Source of the DNA: Desulfurivibrionaceae bacterium
Lineage (GTDB): Bacteria; Desulfobacterota; Desulfobulbia; Desulfobulbales; SURF-16
Length of the DNA: 42,384 nucleotides
Assembly: GCA_041562995.1 (NCBI GenBank)
Contig: JBFFNX010000003.1
Span: 1-42,384, forward strand
Reading direction: 5' to 3'
Shown here: positions 36,836 to 42,384 of the stretch, piece after piece
How the letters are laid out: every line of letters begins with the position of its first letter
Position numbering within the stretch: the first letter of the stretch is position 1
Notes under the pieces: model-generated
Told to the model about the DNA's origin: nothing
The model's input: the letters and a program-made list of their open reading frames with translations, nothing else
The model's database searches: none
Made by a program: the position numbers and the translations under genes

Positions 36836-38092
36836 ATGAAATCATTTGTCGCACAAGGCTTACGGCCTGTTGATAGTCTTATGAAGCCAGAGTCGACCAC
36901 GGAGTGGACTCTCAAGGAAAAATTGCTCCTGGGTCTCAGCCCTGGAGATTATCTGAAGCAACTTGTTCGCAATCCCTTTAACTGGATTTTTGCGATTATT
37001 TACGCCATTGGTGTGCCTGTTATTCTTGGCCGGTTTTATTATGGCCTGGGCTGGGCAACCCATGGTAGTTACGACTATCCCTGGGGGCTTTTTCTGGGTT
37101 GGGGACTTTTTTGTATGGTGCCCCTGTCCGCCTCAGGCTTTATGCTCGGCACCACGGTTGAGCTCTTTGGCCGCAAGGATTTTAAACCCATAGAAAGACT
37201 GGGTCTATTAAATGGTCTGCTTGGTTATTTGTTTGCGGTAGTGTTTTTGCAGGCAGATCTTGGCCAGCCGTGGCGCCTGATCTATCCCATGGTTGTCTCA
37301 TTGGGGCCAGCAGCAGTACTTTTTCTGGTCGCCTGGCATGTTGCCACCTATCTGTCTGTTCAGGTGGCAGAACTTGTGCCGGCAGCAAGTGAGATGATGG
37401 GCTGGAAGGCTCCCAAGAAATTTGTGAAATCGATTGTTCTTGGTCTTACTGTGGCAGGTATCATCCTCTCCACCCTTCATCAGGGTGCCCTGGGGGCCTT
37501 GTTTACCTATGCGCCCGGCAAGGTTCATCCCCTCTGGTACTCATACAGTTTCCAGTGGTTCCACTTTTTCTGCTCGTCCATTTTTGCTGGACTTTCAATG
37601 TTGATTGTTGTCTCTACCCTGTCAAAAGGTTTCCTGAAGTGGCGCTGTGATAGCAATTTTCTCGACAGCCTTGACCGCATCACTCTCGGACTTGCCAAAG
37701 GAGCTTCTCTGGCCCTTATTACCTATCTCATTATCAAGCTCACAGCAATAGCACATGATAACGAGTGGGCCTTGCTGTTCACCGGTTGGGGCCAGTGGTA
37801 TATCTTTGAGATCTGCTTAGGCGTTCTCTTGCCTCTCTTTCTCTATACCGTAGCTATCAGGAATCAGAGCGCCAAAATCGCCCGTTTTGCAGCCTTGATC
37901 GCGGTGGTCGGTATCCTGCTCAACCGTCTCAATACAGCCTTGATTACCTTTAACTGGCAGATGTATCAGGAAATTCCCCATTGGCGTGAGGTGACAATTA
38001 CCATAACAATCTACGCCACCTATATTCTGGTCTATCGTGCTTGCCTGTGTCGTTTGCCCATCCTCTTTACCTGGAAGGCTGACGCTAAGTAG
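36836..38092 (+). CDS. NrfD/PsrC-family membrane subunit (HmcC/HybB-like)
   Basis: YPWGL, DLGQPWR, LSTLHQGALG, HPLWYS, LNRLN, about 10 TM segments. Confidence 0.93.
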   Translation: MKSFVAQGLRPVDSLMKPESTTEWTLKEKLLLGLSPGDYLKQLVRNPFNWIFAIIYAIGVPVILGRFYYGLGWATHGSYDYPWGLFLGWGLFCMVPLSASGFMLGTTVELFGRKDFKPIERLGLLNGLLGYLFAVVFLQADLGQPWRLIYPMVVSLGPAAVLFLVAWHVATYLSVQVAELVPAASEMMGWKAPKKFVKSIVLGLTVAGIILSTLHQGALGALFTYAPGKVHPLWYSYSFQWFHFFCSSIFAGLSMLIVVSTLSKGFLKWRCDSNFLDSLDRITLGLAKGASLALITYLIIKLTAIAHDNEWALLFTGWGQWYIFEICLGVLLPLFLYTVAIRNQSAKIARFAALIAVVGILLNRLNTALITFNWQMYQEIPHWREVTITITIYATYILVYRACLCRLPILFTWKADAK

Positions 38093-38109
38093 GTCGTTGA
38101 ACCCTATTC

Positions 38110-38157
38110 CCCTGGGCCGCCGAAAATATTTCGGCGGCCCAGGGACTCGTTTTTTTT
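38110..38157 (+). terminator. Rho-independent terminator
   Basis: CCCTGGGCCGCCGAAA / TTTCGGCGGCCCAGGG stem, T8 shortly downstream. Confidence 0.8.
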
Positions 38158-38267
38158 GACAACGAGCGCGGCTATTGTCCCTGTAAGTGCATGGGCTCGG
38201 ATTTAAAAGTCCTCTTAATAACTTGCTTTCTTCCCCTTTGACAAGAAAGCTAGCTGAGGTGTCTGGC

Positions 38268-40103
38268 ATGACTGACACATTTCCCCTGAAAAAGATACTC
38301 TATACGTTTTATCTTGTGATCAGTGTGAGCCTTGTGCTCTTACTGTTTATGGGGGTTCGTCAGTCTCAGCTCTTTCATGCCCAGGTGGGAGTGGTGGAGC
38401 AGACGGAAAAGCTGCTTTTTCAGTTTTCGATTATCAGAGAGCATATCTCCAGTGCCCTTATGGAGGGCGACTCGATGTCCCTTCAGGGCCTCAGTACGGA
38501 GATGGAAACCCTCAACTATAACCTGACCAAGGTTCTTGATACCCGGCATATAGGCGAGGAATTTAAGCTGACCTTGGTAAATTCCATCGATTTGCCAGGA
38601 ATAGTCCTGCTCCTCAGGAGCGTTGAAACAGGTAAGGCCGATCGGGATGATCTTCGGCGCCTGAGTATGGAAGTCCGTACCCTTGGTGAGCGCCTGATCC
38701 TCTTTGATCGTGTTTTGGTTAACTCTTCCCGGGAGCGGCTCATCGCTTTTCAGAATATGGTGATTGGCGCCTGTGCCTTGGCAGTATCAATGCTGGTGGG
38801 TATCCTTGTCCTTTTCCATCGCCGGCTTTTAAGCCCGCTCTGGTGTCTGGTGGATGATGCGGATAGGCTCCTGGCCGGAGAGATTAGTGAGGTGGCTGTT
38901 TCCCGAAAGTGTAAGGAGGCGGCTGTATTGGCCGAAATCATTAATGAACAGCAGGATCTCAAGGATGCTGTCTCCATCCGCCTTCATAAATGCCGGCAAA
39001 TCAGTGGTCAAATGGTCGCATCTTTGGGGGGGATATGGGCTGAAATAGATGAAACAGGTCACATGTGCCAGGTGAATAGAGAGATGGAGCTTGCCTGCGG
39101 CTATCCTGAAGGTGGTCTGTCGGGAAAGCGGTGGGACACGTTTTTTCAACTGCCGGCTGGCTATGGCGAAATTTCTGATATACGCAAGGTGGTTGATTTG
39201 GGATCCCTCGATTTTACCTTGCTGGGCAAAGATCCAGCACATAATCGTGTTGTACGGGCGATTTTTATGTTCACCCAGTGTGGTGATGATGAGGGCTGCC
39301 TGGTTCGTTGTTTTGGTCATGATGTAACGGCTGACAAGAGTAATATTCAGGCCCTGCAAAATGATCTTGAAAATGAGAAGAACCGGAAGAATGAGCTGGT
39401 ACGCGTTTCCCAGCTCACGGCCATAGGGGAGTTGGCCTGCGGTGTTGCCCATGAGGTGAGCAGCGTCGGTAATGGTATTATTAATTTCGCCCAGCTTCTC
39501 GCTGACGTTGAAGAGGATGAGCGGAGCAGTGACATCCTCCATAAAATAATCGACCAAGGTGACAAGATAACTGGACTTGCCTCAAACCTCCTGGCTTTTG
39601 GACAAGGTGATGCCGTGGCCAGGGAAATGGTCAATATTACCAGTGTAATCGATAATGCCCTTGCCCTTATGGCGCCCCTTAATAGGCAGGATGGCATTAG
39701 TGTTGCCCTTGATGTTGCGGGCTTACCCGAGTGGCATTGCCCGGCCAGTCAGGTGCAGCAGCTCCTGCTCTGTATTCTTATTAATTGCCGTCATGCCTTG
39801 AATATCCGATTTCCAGGCCAGGACGTGAAGAAACGTATCGAGGTGACAGGCAAGTCTGGGTTGATTGAAGGGCAGAATGCCCTCGTCATTGATATTAAAG
39901 ATTATGGAATTGGTATCGCAGCTACTGATCTGACTCAGGTTATGGAGCCTGGCTTTGCTAAATGGCCCGAGGTGAGCAGTGCTGGAATGGGTCTGTCAAT
40001 CAGTCATGATATCGCCGAAGGGCTGGGCGGTTCATTGAGTATTGAAAGTGTTCAGGATAAATATACCACCGTGAAAATAGTATTTTACCAAAAGAAAGGC
40101 TAA
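38268..40103 (+). CDS. Membrane-bound sensor histidine kinase (2 TM, HAMP/PAS-like, HisKA, HATPase) with degenerate motifs
   Basis: GELACGVAHEVSS H-box, DYGIGI, GMGLSI; ATG 38268 preferred over GTG 38187. Confidence 0.88.
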   Translation: MTDTFPLKKILYTFYLVISVSLVLLLFMGVRQSQLFHAQVGVVEQTEKLLFQFSIIREHISSALMEGDSMSLQGLSTEMETLNYNLTKVLDTRHIGEEFKLTLVNSIDLPGIVLLLRSVETGKADRDDLRRLSMEVRTLGERLILFDRVLVNSSRERLIAFQNMVIGACALAVSMLVGILVLFHRRLLSPLWCLVDDADRLLAGEISEVAVSRKCKEAAVLAEIINEQQDLKDAVSIRLHKCRQISGQMVASLGGIWAEIDETGHMCQVNREMELACGYPEGGLSGKRWDTFFQLPAGYGEISDIRKVVDLGSLDFTLLGKDPAHNRVVRAIFMFTQCGDDEGCLVRCFGHDVTADKSNIQALQNDLENEKNRKNELVRVSQLTAIGELACGVAHEVSSVGNGIINFAQLLADVEEDERSSDILHKIIDQGDKITGLASNLLAFGQGDAVAREMVNITSVIDNALALMAPLNRQDGISVALDVAGLPEWHCPASQVQQLLLCILINCRHALNIRFPGQDVKKRIEVTGKSGLIEGQNALVIDIKDYGIGIAATDLTQVMEPGFAKWPEVSSAGMGLSISHDIAEGLGGSLSIESVQDKYTTVKIVFYQKKG

Positions 40104-40136
40104 CAGCCACGGCTCGCGGTAGGTGTTAGCCTTCTT
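40096..40136. terminator. Hairpin between convergent genes, probable bidirectional terminator
   Basis: AAGGCTAACA / TGTTAGCCTT inverted repeat. Confidence 0.55.
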
Positions 40137-40143
40137 GTTGTGA

Positions 40144-41922
40144 TCAATCCCTCTTTTGATCAATAATGGTCTGGATGTCCTGGTGTGATATGGTTTCTTT
40201 TTCAAGAAGCTCCAGGGTGATAGCCACCATCAATTTCATATTATCCGTCAATATGGTGCGGGCCGTGTCATGGGCCGTCACGATAAGATCACTGATTTCT
40301 GAATTAATTTTCTGGATGAGCTCTTCGCTGATGAGAGGGCTTGGCGCCCCAGGTTGGGTAGAAGCCTTAAAGGCGATGGGGCCGATATTCTTGCTCATGC
40401 CCCACTCACAGACCATCTTGCGGGCCAGATCGCTGGCCCGTTCAATATCATTGCCGGAGCCGGTGGTTATCTCCTTAAAGATAAGGTCTTCAGCAATACG
40501 GCCACCGAGAAGGATGGAGAGGTTGTTGGTGAGGTATGTGTAGGAGTGGGAGTGTTTTTCTGTTTCTGGTAATTGCATGGTGAGACCCAGTGCCATGCCG
40601 CGCGGCACAATGGTTACCTTGTGGACCGGGTCGGCGCCGGGGAGCATCCAGGCAACCAGGGCATGACCGACTTCGTGGTAGGCCGTAACCTTTTTCTCCT
40701 CTTCAGTGATAATCATGGAGCGGCGTTCCGCCCCCATCATCACCTTGTCTTTGGCGTAATCGAGATCACTCATGGTGACCTCACCTCCGCGCCGCGCTAC
40801 CATCAGGGCAGCCTCATTAATCATATTGGCAAGTTCAGCACCAGAAAACCCTGGGGTTGATTTCGCAACTATCTTCCAGTCGATGTCAGCAGATGCCTTG
40901 ACTTTTTGGGCATGTACCTTGAGGATTTGTTCACGACCCAGGATGTCTGGCAGGGGCACCATCACTTGGCGATCAAAACGTCCCGGTCTGAGCAGGGCCT
41001 GATCAAGGATGTCAAGGCGGTTTGTGGCAGCGACAATAATGACCTTGTCATTGACCTCAAAGCCATCCATTTCAACTAAAAGTTGGTTCAAGGTCTGTTC
41101 CCGCTCATCATTGCCACCGGTAGCACCGGAGCTCCTGTGCCGACCGACTGCGTCGATTTCATCAATGAAAATGATGCAGGGCGCCTTTTTCTTGCCCTCT
41201 GCAAAGAGATCCCGGACGCGACTGGCGCCGATTCCCACATACATTTCTACAAAATTTGAGCCGCTGATGGAAAAGAAGGATACGCCAGCCTCGCCAGCAA
41301 TGGCTTTGGCAAGGAGGGTTTTGCCGGTTCCAGGCTCGCCATGAAGCAGGACGCCGGTGGGGATGCGAGCGCCAGCCTCCGTGAATTTTGTGGGGTCTTT
41401 AAGGAAGTCGACGATTTCGACAAGTTCTTCTTTGGCTTCATCTATGCCGGCAACATCTTTAAAACGGACCTTGGATTCCTGAGCATCAAAAAGCTGGGCC
41501 TTGCTCTTGCCAAAGGCCATGGCCTTGCCACCACCACCCTGGTTGCTTCCCTTGCGCATAAAAAAGAACCAGATTGCGGCAAGGATAAGAATCGGGAACC
41601 AGGAGAGGAAAATACGGAAAAACCAATGGGGTTCCCGGCTGGGGATGATTTCAATTTTGGCACCGGCATCAATAAATGTCTGAACAGAGGCGGGATTGTC
41701 AGGAATTACAGAGCGAAATCGTTCACCGTTAGAGTTCTTCCAGGTGGCAATGCTTTTATTCAGTGAGAAGTTTGTCACGACCCCGCTTTGGACCTTGTCG
41801 ACAAATTCACTATAGGTAAGGACGCTCACTGTCTCAGGCTGGCCTTTGAAAAGATTGAGGACAAGAATGGCGGTGAGTCCGATGATGAGCCAGATGGTGA
41901 GGTTCTTGTAAAAAAGGTTCAA
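40144..41922 (-). CDS. ftsH: ATP-dependent zinc metalloprotease FtsH (paralog 2)
   Basis: Two TM segments, [33 protein letters not shown]; TTG start with AAGGAG RBS. Confidence 0.96.
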   Translation of the reverse strand: MNLFYKNLTIWLIIGLTAILVLNLFKGQPETVSVLTYSEFVDKVQSGVVTNFSLNKSIATWKNSNGERFRSVIPDNPASVQTFIDAGAKIEIIPSREPHWFFRIFLSWFPILILAAIWFFFMRKGSNQGGGGKAMAFGKSKAQLFDAQESKVRFKDVAGIDEAKEELVEIVDFLKDPTKFTEAGARIPTGVLLHGEPGTGKTLLAKAIAGEAGVSFFSISGSNFVEMYVGIGASRVRDLFAEGKKKAPCIIFIDEIDAVGRHRSSGATGGNDEREQTLNQLLVEMDGFEVNDKVIIVAATNRLDILDQALLRPGRFDRQVMVPLPDILGREQILKVHAQKVKASADIDWKIVAKSTPGFSGAELANMINEAALMVARRGGEVTMSDLDYAKDKVMMGAERRSMIITEEEKKVTAYHEVGHALVAWMLPGADPVHKVTIVPRGMALGLTMQLPETEKHSHSYTYLTNNLSILLGGRIAEDLIFKEITTGSGNDIERASDLARKMVCEWGMSKNIGPIAFKASTQPGAPSPLISEELIQKINSEISDLIVTAHDTARTILTDNMKLMVAITLELLEKETISHQDIQTIIDQKRD

Positions 41923-42108
41923 GGGCGTACTCCTTGCTGTTTGAGTAAGTGGGCGTATTACACGCCTGCCGTTGTGCGGAGGATGGCTGCATAAATCAGT
42001 ATGTTATTAATTAAATAGAATAAAAAAAGAGGTGCGTCAATGCCGATAGTAAAACAAAAAAGAGTGGAAAGGTAGGGTAAGAAGGGATTACGGGAGGTTG
42101 GCGGCTAG

Positions 42109-42192
42109 AAAAAAAAGGAACCCCTGGGCCGCCACCCAGGGGTTCAGTGCAAGGAGTCGCTTTCTCGATTTTAGAAAATGAGTAAGCAATTA
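42109..42192 (-). ncRNA. Candidate sigma54-dependent small RNA (about 80-85 nt)
   Basis: Lies between a minus-strand sigma54 promoter and an 11-bp GC hairpin plus U8 terminator (42109-42145); no ORF; contains anti-SD ACUCCUUGC. Confidence 0.55.
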
Positions 42193-42202
42193 CCTTTATT
42201 AA

Positions 42203-42271
42203 AGCATCTTGTATGCCGTGGACAATCGCGTCATGTTGTTTTTGTTAAAATATCGCAATATCAGGTTGTTA
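42203..42271 (-). promoter_or_regulatory. Sigma54 promoter (42203-42218, minus strand) with a perfect IHF site at 42259-42271
   Basis: Minus strand CGGCAT-ACAAG-ATGCT has GG-N10-GC spacing; TATCAGGTTGTTA fits WATCARNNNNTTR. Confidence 0.7.
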
Positions 42272-42345
42272 ATCTAATCATTATCTCTTTTCGGGGGAGG
42301 GTAATGGTCGGGGCTGATATCTTTCAGGAGTTGTTCTGCGCCCAC

Positions 42346-42384
42346 TTGCCTGCCAATGGCGCAATAAGCGCCCTTGGCAGGCAA
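42346..42384. repeat. Dyad at enhancer distance from the sigma54 promoter (runs to the window edge)
   Basis: TTGCCTGCCAA-T-GGCGC-AATAA-GCGCC-C-TTGGCAGGCAA. Confidence 0.7.

Noticed and set aside
35250-38092. Calling the module hybAB of a [NiFe] hydrogenase or qrcABCD
   Set aside because: No hydrogenase subunits and no QrcB-like molybdopterin-family gene in the operon
81-41766. Numerous long alternative-frame and antisense ORFs overlapping called genes (e.g. 5537-6277, 11665-12417, 16966-17733, 38829-39557)
   Set aside because: Fully overlap well-supported genes, lack motifs, and are expected from codon bias at this GC content
41953-42006. Possible sigma54 promoter for ftsH-2 (minus-strand GG-CGTGTAATAC-GC) with an IHF-consensus site at 41994-42006
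   Set aside because: Spacing fits but flanking bases match the consensus poorly; too weak to call as a feature
27110-42384. tRNA-Pro as an integration site for a genomic island
   Set aside because: No integrase and no duplicated tRNA 3' end seen in the window; ppnP follows directly

Overview
A 42.4-kb chromosomal window from a sulfur-cycling deltaproteobacterium; Desulfobacterota, probably Desulfobulbales-like, inferred from gene content only. The left third is accessory: a radical SAM protein, a homolog of human C4orf33, a USP/P-type ATPase pair converging on a kinase/USP pair, a secreted choice-of-anchor F-like protein, a thioredoxin-like protein, an EndoQ-UvrD fusion and an atypical TrxR. 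The centre is housekeeping: tadA, tRNA-Ser, SRP RNA, dnaX-ybaB-recR, tRNA-Val, thrS-infC-rpmI-rplT-pheST-ihfA-merR, tRNA-Pro and ppnP. The right third looks like a sigma54-controlled respiratory region: PAS kinase plus NtrC-type activator, a decayed HmcD-like membrane-protein gene, two FtsH paralogs, a five-heme cytochrome c3/Tat Fe-S/NrfD module, a second degenerate kinase, two long perfect palindromes, and a candidate sigma54-dependent sRNA complementary to both ftsH ribosome-binding sites. Signals not in the ORF track include an A9 slippage site in dnaX, an AUU start for infC and a tRNA-Thr-anticodon-like hairpin upstream of thrS. I saw no CRISPR array, rRNA, integrase or transposase. All family calls come from motif recognition by eye, not database searches.
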